NCBI RefSeq assembly: GCF_030144855.1
Contig: NC_082725.1
Location: 20,832,001 to 20,896,000, forward strand
Reading direction: 5' to 3'
DNA from: Hypanus sabinus
Taxonomy: Eukaryota
DNA: 64,000 nucleotides
Under the pieces are notes generated by a model, which did no database searches, was not told where the DNA came from, and was given only the letters and a program-made list of their open reading frames with translations. Both the position numbers and the translations under genes were made by a program. Below, one piece after another: positions 38,118-52,704 of this stretch (positions within the stretch are counted from its first letter, which is position 1; the number at the start of each line of letters is the position of its first letter).

Positions 38118-38236
38118 TCATACATCTAAAAAGGATTTACTTCGTTTTGGATTTTTCTCTTTTCGTCGCTCCACAGTCTTGATAATTTCAGACACTATGC
38201 AAACTGAGGAAGTAAGTCCCACCAGGAAAAGGAGAT
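38118..38236 (-). CDS. ATP2C1: ATP2C1 (SPCA1 Ca2+/Mn2+ ATPase) terminal coding exon
   Basis: tttttag|AT CTC...: [42 protein letters not shown] at 38120-38118. Confidence 0.93.
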
Positions 38237-39785
38237 CTAAAAAGAGAACAGTAGTAGCATTGTGAAATTATGTCACAATAGAGTTATGAATAAGGTGAAT
38301 GGTCAGTCTTTTTCCCAAGGTAGTGGAGTCTAAAACTAGAGAGCATAGGTTTAAGATGAGAGCGGAAAAGTATAAAAGGAACCTCGAAGTGGATGTTTCT
38401 GTCCCACACACGGTGAGTGTGTGGAATGAGTTGCTGGAGGGAGTGGTAGGAAAGCTTGGATTAGAAAGGTTAAGAGAAATATGGGCCAAATGCTGGCAAA
38501 AAGGACTCACTCAGGTAAGCACCTTGGTCAAAATGAACAAGTTGGGCCAAAGGGTCTTTTTCAATGCTCTGTAACATTCTACATTCTTACAAAGTGTTTC
38601 ACCAAAAAAAAAATGCACAAATAATTAGTGGAAAAACGACAAAAGAACTACAAAAAAGATAATAGCGCAGGTATGTGAATAGGAAAAGGGATATATGTCA
38701 AAAAGAGGCAAATGTGAATAGCTTAGATGGGTACTTTGGTTAGCATGGACATTGTACCGAAGGGCCAGTTTCCATATTGTATTGCTCTATGACTAAAAAT
38801 CACTTGAGACAAAATATAACAAACAGGAATCCATCAAGACTAGCTGGAAATCATAACACTTGACAGTTGACAGTCGCACTTTCAAAAGGATGGTTTAAAA
38901 GTGTGAACTTGAAACCTAGCCTTAGCCTTCTCTCACTGTACCAGGGATTGAAGACCATGATTACATGGAGCGGTTCTTAATAATTTTCATAAAATAAATG
39001 AGACATCTGTAATGAGTAACAGGTTCTGTAACTAGCAGACACAAGTTTAAGATGGTTTCAGAAAATCTATCTTAAAAAGCAGCATGTTGATATTATTTGT
39101 GAAACACATCCTGTTTTGGTTCTATAAGCAAATTCAATTAACGGTTTCAAAAGAGAATCCAAACAATTAAAAAAATAAGTCTTACAAATATAGAAGGGAA
39201 GAGCACAAACAAGGAGATAAGCATATTGGTTAGTTGGTTACTTAATTGTGACAGTGTACCACACTCAGTTCTGGTAAACATACTGCGAACTGGATGAGAC
39301 GGCACAAGAGAGGGTGCTGATGAGATCTACAGAGATTTTGCCAGAATTGATCATTTTAGAATAGAAAGGCCTAAGGAGAGATTGAAGTCAATAAAGTTTA
39401 AGGAATCTAAATGATACAGATAAATACAACTACTTACAAAGAAGTAGATTTAAAGTAATTCATAGAATAGGGAGAATTGAAGATGGTGAGAGTTCAGAGA
39501 TGGTTGCAACTTTAACAGCCCTTATCACTTTTTGAAATGAACAAACTCTTATGCATACATCTGGTGGCACTAACAGTATTTAATCTTACTAGTCATATTA
39601 TAATATGCAAATTACACTTCAGCTGTTAATGGAGTAAGATTTATAATATCAAATTAAATGAATTTAGATGATAATAAATCCTAACAAGTCTACCAAATAC
39701 TCAAAATGTTTAACTGTCAGCACATTAAAAATAACAAACTCCCTGCTGTAAAGAGGTATTTTGAAATCAGAAGCGAAGGTCTCAC

Positions 39786-39927
39786 CTAGTATACTGAGGC
39801 TTTCAGTCTGGAAAACCTTCTGCAGTGGAGGGAAGTAAATTACCAGCAGCTGTCCCATGATGGACCCAAGAACAGCATAACAGAAAGTTCGATTACTGCA
39901 TAACCCAATCTCAAAAACAGATTTTGT
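39786..39927 (-). CDS. ATP2C1: ATP2C1 exon
   Basis: [47 protein letters not shown]; AG/GT bounded, 142 nt. Confidence 0.95.
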
Positions 39928-40612
39928 CTGGGGATGAAGAAATAAGAAAAAAAAAACACTCAGGCATGAACACAAGGCACCTTTTGAATTAACCATGCAG
40001 TATTGTTTGGTATTATCGTCTTTGTTGATAACTTTACCTCTTAACACATGCTGGGGAATATTTCTGTCATTTGGGTAACATAGACCTGGACAGATTTACT
40101 AAGGGGAGAGATCTGTCCTATAGAGAACTTTGCCCTATATTTCATAAAACTGAATTTGGTGCATACTATTCACGCCACAGGAGTAACAGGCACTGAAAAT
40201 CAAACCAACCTGCCTTGGCAGTCAATGGTATTACCATTGCCAAGTTCATGATCCTAGTGGTGGGTCATACATTTGCTAGAGTACATGGAACACTTCCACC
40301 TTGCGGTTCCCTGCCAAGACTCTTGCAAGTTAGATTTTAAAATAAGCACCATTTCTTCTATATTTCTTGGACCTAAAATGTAGAACTGCATACTGCCAGC
40401 CTCGTTACAGAACCCTCACCACCTACAAGAGCAATAAGTGCTGGCCAACAATGCCCATATCCAAAAAAATAAATAAAAATTTTAAGATTAATTACTTTAA
40501 GATTGAGGGCAGTTAAACAATACAAAGAATAATATTTCTTTGGTGCCTAAGAATCTGAAGCACATAAATACACCTTGACTTCAATACAAATTCCAAGATT
40601 TTCATACTCTAC

Positions 40613-40708
40613 CTGCGACCTGGAACTCCATGCATTGAACATGTCAAAGAAAACAAAGCAGGTAAAGGTCATTGTTGTGTCTCGGGGAGTTATTACATTA
40701 TCCTGTAA
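40613..40708 (-). CDS. ATP2C1: ATP2C1 exon (M8)
   Basis: [32 protein letters not shown]; 96 nt. Confidence 0.95.
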
Positions 40709-40959
40709 CTGAGAAATATAGATAATAAATTCAGAACTCAGTATGAGCACATCATTCGATACTTAATTCAAAACCTTAAAAGTAATCACACAGTGGATTG
40801 ATCACATTTTCAAATATTGATTTTTTTAAAATTGTAATTGAAAATTAGTTTAAGCAAAGAGTGCCAATGAACTATTTTTATGTATTCTGTAGTTGATGTA
40901 AAGAAGATCATTTAATTTAGAGGGGAAAATATCATCAAAATTGTTAAGCAGGTTCTTAC

Positions 40960-41107
40960 CTCTCGCCAGAAAACAAACAACGTCCCGGAGACAATAATTA
41001 GTGACGAAACCAGAATTTTAAAAATCAGGCTTCTGGTCAGAATGCTGTCTTTTACATTTCTGGGTGGCTGCCTGATGACGTCTTTATCGACAGGTTCTAC
41101 TCCCAGG
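40960..41107 (-). CDS. ATP2C1: ATP2C1 exon
   Basis: [25 protein letters not shown]...GTLFVFWRE; 148 nt. Confidence 0.95.
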
Positions 41108-41920
41108 CTACCCACAGAGATCAAAATAAACATAATTAAGAATTTGATTGTAACAAGTTTACAAGTTGAAGTCTGAAGAATTTAGAGTATACTGGTACAG
41201 TATCCACAGAATGTTAGAGGAACGCAGGATTTACACCATGTGCAGAATTTCTTGTGTTTCTGGTACAATATCTATCTGTTTTTAACCTAAAAGTGGCCAC
41301 ATGAGCACAAACTGTTTAAGTGGAGAGCAGAGAACTGATGAGGACATCTGGATTTTTTTTTCTTAAACATTCTCAACATTACAACATCTTGATATTACTT
41401 TAAAAAACACCAAATCAATTAAAATATCCTTCTTGTTTTTGCAAAAATAAGTATTAAACATGAAAACAGCAAATTTTTTTGTTCTATTGTGGTTAAAGCA
41501 AAAATTCTGGAAACATTAAGTGGGTCAGGTCCATCTGTGGACAGTGAAACTGGGGCCAAGGAAAGCAGGTTGGAGGTCCGTGTGTGTGAGTGGATACAGG
41601 TATCAATGTTGATAGAAATAAAGAACATTAGGGCAGATTACAGATTAGAAAAAGCAGTATGCACACAAAACTTGTGATTAACTAGATACCTAACAAAAAT
41701 AATTTAAAATAAATTAACACAAATTATGGAGGAGAATGTAAAAGAAGAGATATGTATAGCATAGTTTCAGGTAATCTGAATGGAGCTGGAGAAATTGTTG
41801 TTGGCTCATGTCATAAATAGCACTCCCTGCAACTCGCCATGCACAATGTCATGGGACATTCATTGTGTGGAACAAATGAAACCAGTAGAGTGCCATTTCA
41901 TCAATAATCCAAATGGTTTA

Positions 41921-42100
<180 letters not shown>

Positions 42101-42979
42101 TCAAATGACAGAACATACTGCCAATTAAAAAAGGAATTATTTATATACATGTTGCAAATTCAGTGCAGCACTTGATAAATACACTAATTGACTTTGACCA
42201 ATAACTGTATTTGTTTATTAATCACAATTAGTTTCAAACAATCAAAGACTCATTATGTGGTTTCAAACAAGTTCAAGGTGTACTACTTGGATTCTAATAG
42301 TAATTGCCTCAGATAAATCTGGGCAGGGTTTGATGTGGAGAATTCCAACTCAGAGTCTTTTTATACAAGGTTCTGTCTCTAGAATTATACTGTCAGTTAT
42401 CCTGTGAGGCACCATTTTATACATTTCTGCATATCTCCCAGACATAGCTTGGTTCCTTACTGCAATTTGCATGGCCAAAATTCAACCTTTCCATATATTT
42501 GTACTTGTTTTTATTTTAAACCTCAAATTAGCACCAGCACCGCCCCATAATTATTTTAACTACCAGTTCTTTGAGAATCAGGTGTCTGTTCAAGTTTTAA
42601 TGATTTGTCAGACTGCCTTTAAACCCATTCCCAGAACCTCCTTATCTGCTTATTCTGAGCTCAGTCAGCTCACAGAACCATTTGAGCACAACTCTGCTTT
42701 TCCACATTGATGCTAACTAGTTATCCATCACCTAACTGTACCTCACCAGGCTTCCTTTGCTTCTTGCTGCTCACCGGTCTCTCCTTAGATATACACGATC
42801 AGCATGATCGATGGATCATACAAGTTATCAGGCAGGTCATAATGAATTCAAACATCAATAATTGGATACAGCAGATATGAAAAGATGTATTTTTAGTGAA
42901 TATTAAGCTTTCTTTGAGTAACACAATTTCCATGTGTAGTTGTTCAGTAATTGTCCTTCTTGCTGCTCACCACATACTA

Positions 42980-44539
42980 CAATGTGGTGCTAAAAGGTTT
43001 GTGAACCCTGTAGAATTTTCTCTATTTCTGCATTAATATAACCTAAAATGTGATCAGATTTTCATGTCCTAAAACTAGATAAAGAGAACCTAATTAAATA
43101 AATAACAGAAAATATTATATCTTTTCATTTATTTTTGGGAGAAATGATCCAATATTACACGTAACTGTTGGAAAAAGTGTGTGAACTTTAGCTTTCAGTA
43201 ACTGGTGTGACCCCCTCATACAACAAACTTTTCTGGTAACTGTTGATCAAGTCCTGCATATCGGCTTGGAGAAATTTTAGGTTGTTCTTCCTTACAAAAC
43301 TGCTTCAACTCTGGAATGTTGGTGGGTTTCCTTGCATGAACCGGTTGCTTCAAGCCCTTCCACAGCATTTCTATAGGATTGTCAGGACTTTGATTCAGCC
43401 ATTCCAAACTGTGAAATTTCTTCTGCTTTAAGCATTCTTCAGTAGACTGACTTGAGTGTTTAGAGTTGTTGTCTTGCTGCATGACCCACTTTCTCTTGAG
43501 CTTCAGTTCACGGATGGACACCCTGAAATTTTCCTGTAGAATTTGCTGGTACAATTTAGAATTCATAGTTCCATCAATGATGGTCAGCAGTCCTAGTCCC
43601 GGGGCAACAAAGGAGGCACAAACCATGGCACTGCCACCACCATCTTTCACAGATGGGATGAAATTCTTATGCTAGAATGCAGTGTATGCTTTTAGCCAAA
43701 CATAACACTTCTCATTTACGCCAGAAAGTTCTATTTTGGACTCATCCGACCACAGAACATTCTTCCAATAGCCTTCTGGCTTATCCATATGGTCTTTAGT
43801 TAACTTTAGAAAAGCAGCAACGTTTCTACTTGTAATCCTGCCTAGCGCACCATTGTTCAGTGTTTGCCTGGTGGTAGGCTCATGAACATTGACATTAGCC
43901 AATGCAAGAGAGGCCAGTAGCTCCTTAGATGTTACCCTGGGGTTCTTTGTGACCTCCTGGAATATTACACGCCTTGCACTTGGGGTGATTTTTGTTGGTC
44001 AACCACTCTTGGGGGAAAATAACAACAGTGCTGAATTTCCTCCATTTGTACACCATCTGCCTAACTGTGGATTGGTGGAGACTAAACTCTTTAGAAATGG
44101 ATTTTGAATCCTTTTCCAGCCTGGTGAGCATCAACAGCTTCTTTTCCTCAGGTCCTCAGCAATCTCCTTTGATCGAGGCATGGCACACTTTCAAAAACTT
44201 GTGTGGTAAAAATCAGACTTTGATAGTGAAGACCCAGGTTTATGTTCTTTAAATGGGGAAGGGACTCCTACACTCACACTTGATCGTCATCCCCTTGACT
44301 CTAACTTCACCTTTAAATGAACTGATAATCCTAGAGGTTCACATACTTTTCCCAACAAATACATGTAATACTGGATCATTTTTCTCAATAAATAAATGAA
44401 CAAGTATAACGTTTTTGTGTTATTTAACCGGATTCTCTTTATCTAGTTTTAGGACTTGCGTGAAGATTTGATCACATTTTAAAATCATATTTATGCAGAA
44501 AGAGAAAATTCTAAGGCGTTCATAAACTTACTGGCACTG
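42980..44539 (-). mobile_element. Full-length defective Tc1-like transposon with long IR/DR-type TIRs
   Basis: TA-flanked; TIRs of about 200 bp (42980-about 43190 and about 44335-44539); frameshifted transposase with WSDESK, QQDNNSKH and SPDNPIEMLW (DDE triad). Confidence 0.9.
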
Positions 44540-44623
44540 TACACAGGGTACAAACATTCAAGAAAAAGTTTGCTGGCTTCTTGCAACTGACAAATTATAA
44601 CACTTAATGACTATTTAGACTTA

Positions 44624-44713
<90 letters not shown>

Positions 44714-46163
44714 TTAGAAATATCTAAATATGTAGCTTTAACTGACATTTACTGTACATACCAAAACTTGCCAGTTAATCAAAAATGCTTAGTTCAAACA
44801 GAAGTTTAAAATCTGCATTTTTCTGAAGCAGTTATTTCATCAATTCAATCCTCAATTCTTACATTATGCACTCACTAAAGTTGTGTTAAAATGGGGTTCT
44901 AACTTGTATATCAATCTACAGTGCACACTCTGGTGGACAAAGGGGGAAAATGCATAAGTAACGTGGCAATATATTCTTGCAGAAAACAAAATTCCTGGTG
45001 GAACTCAAGAGGTCACGAAGCATCTGTGGAACGAAAGGATGTTCTTGGGTCTGGACCTTGAATCAGGACTAAAAATGTAGAGGCAGGATAGAATATGAAG
45101 GGAAAAGGGAAGGGGTGAGGGAGGGGCCAGTAATTCCCTCTGTTAATTTTTTTGTTCATTTGTTAGAGTTGTAAGCATGCTGACAAAACAGTCCAATCAT
45201 GTATAGACATTTGTATACTTCTGCACAGCCAGCAAAACAAACCAAAAATCCATGGATTCTAACTGCAATGGTTTCCAATCAGACTCACTTGGTTCTGTTT
45301 CCCTCACTCCTTTTAAACTCACCTGGCACTCTGGAAAACTTATTATACCATTGTGGAAAGGGCTGCCAGGGGCTGAGGTATAGGCAGATACATTGGGAAC
45401 ATTTAAAAGAATCTTAGATAGTCTTTTATTTTTCTTTAATCTATCTGCCTTTGTGGGAGGGAAACATTAGTCAAGTCAAGTCACTTTTTATTGTCATTTC
45501 GACCATAACTGCTGGTACAGTACACAGTAAAAACAAGACATTTTTTAGGACCATGGTGCTACATGAACAATACAAAAACTACATTGAACTACGTAAACCA
45601 AGACGAAAACTACATCAGACTACAGACCAATGCAGGACTGCATAAACTACACAGAACAGTGCAGGCATTACAATAAATAATAAACAAGACAATAGGCACA
45701 GCAGAGGGCAGTAGGTTGGTAGTCCAATGGCGGCTTGGGGGAAAATCTGTTACATAAATAAACAGCTGAATGGCGGCGTCCAGGATTTCGTCCGTTTCAG
45801 TACCCCCGCCGAGTATTTTGTTAGATAGATTGTGGAGTAGGTTAAAAAGCCAGCACAACATTGTGGGCTGAAGTGCTTGTACTGTGCTATACTGTTTAAT
45901 ACCTTTAAAAAAAAACTTAAAGCAAATTGGGTTATTTAAATAATCCAGAAATTTATAATTCTGAAAGATGCAGGATTATTGGAGCTTTACTGTATTCACT
46001 TAATAATGAAGTGAATACAATTTGAATTAATTTTTGTATATTTATTTATCAAGGTCATTAATTCTAACAAGAATACTTAGCAGTTTAACTGATAGAACAC
46101 GAATTAACTCATGCAGCACAGAACTGCATTTAGATTACACAGAAAGATAGCATGCACAACTCA

Positions 46164-46412
<249 letters not shown>

Positions 46413-47292
46413 TCAAAAATATTTCATTAGCTGTTAAATGCTTTGGGATAACCCAAGGACATAAAGTGTTAAAAAAATGTACATCTTTCATTTATTTGGA
46501 TGCCAATGAACCGCTTTTTGTAAGATATGTATATGTAGATTGTGATATTTAAAAGTTAATCATAGCATAAAAGACAATACTGTTAATGGGGGGGCACTGA
46601 GCTTTTAGTTTGGGATGTTCTGTTGCAGTTGTACAAGATGTTGGTGAGGCCACACTTGGAATATTAAGTTCAGTTTTGGTTAGCCTGCTGTAAGAAAGGT
46701 AGCATTAATCTGGAAAGAATAAAAGAAAGATTTTAAGGATATTGCCAGGACTAAAGGGGCTAAATTAAAGAGATTGTGCAGGTTCAGATTTTATTCTGTG
46801 GAGTCTCAAGACTACGGGGTGATTTTATACAGTGCATAATATGAAGACTCAAAGGTCTCAATCTGAAATAATTAATGCTCAGATATCAAAACAATGAATA
46901 CTGTGTCATAACTTCAAATACTATTGACTTGTTCACAATTATCCTCCAACTTCAATTTAAGTGAAAAATTCAAATTACAAAAAACGTGCAAAGCAGAAAA
47001 GGGATCTCAAACAGCACATGAACTGAACAAACAATGAAGAGTTTGCAATTCTCTTTTTTTAAAAAAGGTCTAAGAATTCTAGCATATGCCCATTCCATAT
47101 ACTGGAATGCTATTGAGAATAGTAACTGCTTGGTTAAATGAACAATACAAGACACTTAATGAAGCAAACTCAATTCAGAATGTTTGAGCTTCCTTTATAA
47201 ACCAACAACAGACAACAAAGAGAAAGCCTTGATCCCAAAGGGGAAGAAAGTAGCTACTTTCACAACTACCATTTTCTGTTCATGATAGTTAC

Positions 47293-47343
47293 CTTTATAA
47301 TCTTAAGCTTGTGCTTGGGGCTGGATCTGTAAAATATTGCTAC
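47293..47343 (-). CDS. ATP2C1: ATP2C1 exon
   Basis: VAIFYRSSPKHKLKIIK; 51 nt, AG/GT bounded. Confidence 0.92.
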
Positions 47344-48439
47344 CTGTGGAAAAAAAAAATCAAACCTGTAACAATGAAAAATTTAAAATGAACTCTGGCA
47401 CATCCAAGATCACATAAGCAAGGAAGATTGTCACTTCCCAACATACTAAAAGTGATTTTTTTTTCTATATTCTTGCTACAAAATAAAAAAATCTATACCA
47501 AACTACTTTCCATAAAATCAATAGTAAGCTAAAATTTTCCACTCAATGAATTTCACCCCCTGGAACTCCAATGGATACATTTGAATATATATGTAGAGAT
47601 ACCGAGTGCAGATGCTGGAATCTCAAACAGCAATTTGCAGAATAAACTCAGTAGGTTGAACAACATCTCTTGGTGTGGAGAGGAGGTTGTGGTGTGTGTG
47701 GGGCAGTGAGTTTGCTAAGAACTGTCGACAGTTTTGAGTCAAAATCCTGTACCAGGTATGAGTGGCAAGGAGAGAAAGGAGTCTGTGGTGATTGGTGCAC
47801 AGCAGATTGCAGAGGCTCCTATCTGCATGCTAATTCTCATTGCCAACCAACTTGTCCATTCTCAGTGATTCCCATTGCCAAGGTGAGGCCCAATGCAAGC
47901 TAAAAGAACATTACTTCATTTGCCACCAGGCAATCTACAACTTAATTATATGAACAATAAATTATTCAATTTCTAGTTACCCTTACCTCCAATATGGTTT
48001 CCCATGTCCCATCCAATTCTCCTCTAGTTTCTCTATTTTTGTACCCCATCCCATCTCCAGGTACCCAATTTTTATTCCCCCTCCTCTTCATGGTTCAATC
48101 TGCCAGCTACCCACTCACTATAGGAGTGGGTGGTATGAACTACCTATTCACTCACCAACTTGCTCTCCCCCATCTGGTTCTGGTTGCATCAACTCTCCCC
48201 TAATGGTTCCCATTATCATATACCTTATTTACCAGATTTTCTCCCACTGGTAGCCTTTGTGTTCCTGCTTTATCAATCTCCTATGCTTGCATTTTCATGC
48301 TACCCCTCCCCCAACTTGGGTCCATCCAGGTCAAGTGAGTGCTACCAAGTATAACTTCTGTAACTGAACTTTCTACAAAGTGACTCAATGTATAAGCAGA
48401 ACTTCATGGTGACTAACAAAGGCCACATTAGTGTCATAG

Positions 48440-49120
48440 AACACCAAGTCATAAAACATTACAACACAGGCCCTTCAGCCTATCTAGTAGGTGCAAAGCA
48501 TTAATGTGCCTAGACCCACTGACCTGCACTTGGGACCATAGCCTTCCAAACCCCTCTCATCCATGTACCTATCCAAATTTCTCTCAAATGTTGAAATTGA
48601 CCCGCATCCACCACTTGTGCTAGCAGCTTGTTCTCCACCCTTACCACCCCTCTGGGTGAAGTTTTTCCCCTTCAAGTTTCCCTTAAATGTTTTACCTTTC
48701 ATCCTTAACCCATAACATCTAGATGTAATCTCTCCCAACTTCAGTGGAAAAGCTTACTTGCATTTACCCTATCTATACCCCTCAGTGTTTTGTACACCTT
48801 TACCAAATCTCCTCTCAATCTTCTACGTTCCAGGGAATAAAGTCCTAACCTATTCAACCTTTCCCTATAATTTGGGTCCCCAAATCCGAGCAACATCTTT
48901 GTAAATTTTCACTGTGCTCTTTCAACCTTATTTATATTTTTCCTGTAAGTAGGTGACCAAAACTGGACAAAATACTCCAAATTCGGCCTCAACAATGTCT
49001 TATAAAATTTCAACATAACATCTCAACCCCTGTACTCAATACAGTGACTTATGAAGACTAAAGTGCCAAAAGCTTTATGACCCTATCTACTTTCAAGGAA
49101 TTATGGATTTTTATTCCTAG
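48440..49120 (-). mobile_element. CR1 LINE 3' end
   Basis: ORF 48484-48738 and a CR1-type 3' tail; same family as 57115-58030. Confidence 0.8.
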
Positions 49121-49871
49121 ATGACTACATTAGTAATGACAAGTTGGACCATCAAATTGTGCTTTACTATTTAAAAAGACAACATTCTATTAGTTCCTCT
49201 GGTATTCTGTCAAAGCACAAGTAGCAGTTAGTTACTCCTAAGGTGTTTTTGCATTACTTGCCAAAGTTCAAACATCAAGTAACTTCAGATCTCAGTCAAA
49301 TTTTGCGATGTTGCATAAAAGTTCTTTACATGCTGCACCTCAGAGAAAAGTACTGTATAACAGAGTTCAAAGCCTTAAGTTGTACATTATAATGGTCTGT
49401 TAATGGTTGCTCCCTGGATCTTTTATTTGAGGAAAATGAATTAAATACTTCTAGTTATGAAATGATTCGGTAGAGATGCATTAACCCAATATGTCATACA
49501 GAGCTGTGAGTGCTGTGTTTCATTTTGATGAAAGCCTGTTGATCTGAAACGTTCACTTTTTCGTTCTTCACAGACATTAAGAAACCTACTCAAAATTTCA
49601 CCACTTTTTTACTTTCTAAATATAACTGCTTATTTGTATACTGCAAACAACCTAAACACTACCGTTTGAAATTCATGGATCCAGCCTGGGGACGGATTCT
49701 ACAGTAATCTGTAAAGATTCTGAAGTGAGTTATCATGAATCTGAACAACCAACACCATTTAGACTACAGCAATATATAGATCTGGTTGTATTGTGAACCT
49801 TTAATTCCACAATAAATGTGCCATTGAATCCTCAGTGCATCTCAATTCTCAAACCACACTATGTGATGTAC

Positions 49872-49969
49872 CTTTGGTACTATTTGCGAGAGCTGCTGAA
49901 CATCCAATGAATCTAGTTCTTCTCCTGAGAGTGTTTGGGATCCCTTGGAATATAAACCCAAGCGGGTGG
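49872..49969 (-). CDS. ATP2C1: ATP2C1 exon
   Basis: [33 protein letters not shown]; 98 nt. Confidence 0.93.
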
Positions 49970-52046
49970 CTGCATATAAATAAAATATCTTATTAAAAGA
50001 GAGTTCGTAACATTTCCAGCATTGAACAGTTTAAGCACTGCACAAATAAAAGTACATTCATCTATGCCATAATTATTCCACATAATTTTATATTTTAATC
50101 ACAAGATTAAATAAAGACAGCTAAATTCAATAACATTTTCTTTTCACCTATTATTCAACAAACCAAGAGCTTTTTGATATTCTTAAGTTTTTGAATGTTG
50201 ACCTTCTTTGAAAACCATCTTTAGATTTATACGTGGCCCAGGTGTGCATAAAATTGTCAGGTGTTTTTAAACAACTGTATGAATTAGTATCTTAACTAAT
50301 TGCTTGTTTTATTAAACATTATACCTTTTCTTTACTTTTACACCCTCCTACATGAACTTCTCCAGTCCCACCACTAACTTCACCCACCGTTTCCAAGCCA
50401 TTGGAAGTACAAGCAGGAACATAACAATACTGTAAATTTTAGCAATTCAAACTAAACTGAAATGGTTTTATATCAACAAGTACCAGCAACTTAATATATC
50501 AACATTATGTGGACAGGATCATGATGTTTTCCCACACAGTACGTACAAATACCCAAGAGGTGTTTTCTCAAAACATTGCTGAGAGGTGTATGAACCTGAT
50601 CCGGTGATGCAAGAGCTTGCAGAAATTTTCCTAAATTGGGTTGTCTTTGAAGATTTCATGATTGCAGAGGATTTAACATTAATTATTTTCATTTGTATAG
50701 GGCTTAATTGTTTTCATCTCTTAACTCTCTTAACTTACTAAGTGGTTCTATGACTTTGCTATTATTTAGCTAAAATAGAGTGAAAATAATCATTATAAAA
50801 TATCTTTCACCAAGAATGTATAGCTTTCAGTCTTTATAATGCACAGACAACAATTATAGTAAGAAAAGAAAAGCATTGAAATAATGGAATTTTTGGGATC
50901 ACATTCTGTGCTAAATTTGTCTTCTAACAGATTACCAAGTAGAAGAAAACTCTTAACAATTTGGTACCCTCAAGACGGCAGATTTTCCAGATTATTGTTC
51001 ACTTTTCTTTGTAGATGTTACATAGAATACCAGGTGAATTTAAAGTGAGTGCAAAGAAAAGGACCAACCCTACTACCACAACCATTCCTGCACCTGCAAT
51101 GCCAATGAGAGTATAGAGGGAAAACAGAAAAACGTGGCCTTGCTAAGATTACTGGGAGTGGGGGAAATTGAAACAGGTGAGACTAATGCTGTATTATCAG
51201 GATTTCTGAACAAAATAGCAAATTATCAGAGTTATACTGTTGACAGATACAATTCCTGTGCTCAAGAAAAAGGCACCAGTAAGAATGAGGGAGTTATAGA
51301 ACTGAAGTCTGGTCTTCATTACAATGTTTAACAAGCAGCAGCAGGCCCAATACATATACTCCTCCAAAATTAGGAGAAACAAGTTGAAGTTAGAAAACAG
51401 ATTGTAGAATCTCTGTATCTTTGAACAAACGTATCACATTATCTAGTTTATTTCAATTTCTTTTTCAAGTATCACAGTTCAAGAAAGGATATTGGAGTAG
51501 TCCTCCTATTTTAGTTCTCATCATCATAGAACGTAAGCAGAAGTTTTTGATCAAATCAACATTTATTGTGAGTCTTGTGTCAAACTGATTTTTTAAATTT
51601 TCAAATTCCCGACTGAAGTGTCTCAAAAATACCATAAAGATGATGGCCACAAGACAGAATTTCCATTACTGCAATTCTTTGGCAAAACAATTCAGAGGAA
51701 TTCATTCATTTCTTTGTGATCTCTGCATCAAACTACTACTTTAAATGTTGAGGCTAGTGCTTTTATTTTTAGATGCAAAGGACTCAAAGGGTGTTCCTTT
51801 TCAGGAAACCATATAAAAGACAACTTTGCAGTATTTACAGAGTAGTTCATTTTGTTTTTCCTTTAACATAATTTTTAATCTTCTGTCAGGCAATCAAAAA
51901 CATCAATTTCATTTATTTCTCACCACATGTTTACATGAACTTTGGCTCTTCAGATCAGGTCACTGAGCAGCAAATCTCTCAAACAAGGAATACGTATCAC
52001 TGAGTTAAGTGTAATTTTTTTATATTAATACTGAGCCAGTATTTAC

Positions 52047-52217
52047 CTATGGCAACTGCTGTCTCTTGTGAATCTCCAGTAACCATTTTGATTACAACTC
52101 CTGCATTAATCAGTGTAGCGACAGCTTCCTTTACACCAGATTTTGGTGGATCAATCATTCCCACCAGCCCCAGAAACGTGAGTTGTCCGAGTTCCGGTCC
52201 AGAGGCTAAAGCAAGTA
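52047..52217 (-). CDS. ATP2C1: ATP2C1 exon (DPP...TGD)
   Basis: [57 protein letters not shown]; 171 nt. Confidence 0.95.
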
Positions 52218-52704
52218 CTGGATGGGAAAAATATCACACATCATTTTGTTATCTGCATTTACATGATACAAAGTTTCAAGAAAAAAATTCTACACACTTC
52301 CCATGAACACAATTCTCTCACAAATATACTTGGAATAAAAAATCATTTACATCTACCTCATTTGCACACAGTTGATTTCAAATTTTTAAATGCTACACTA
52401 GCCCTTAAACAATAATATGAGTTCATGTAATTATTAAAAGTGCTACTGAAACATTTGTTCCAATATGCTCTTTTAACAATTCCATTCTCCAACAGTTTAC
52501 CAGCCTTTACCACATTGTCTTTTTTTCAAGACTTTCAAATTACTGTCTTCTAACTAAAATTCTGTTTCATGGGCATCTGATCATTTTTTGCTACTTTGCC
52601 TTAGGCAAGTGCATAAGCAGGCTAAGTAACTTCAGGGTCAATAGTCAAAACCAATAAATGAGTCAATAGATAGCTCAAAGTAAATTTATTAAAGTATGCA
52701 TAAC

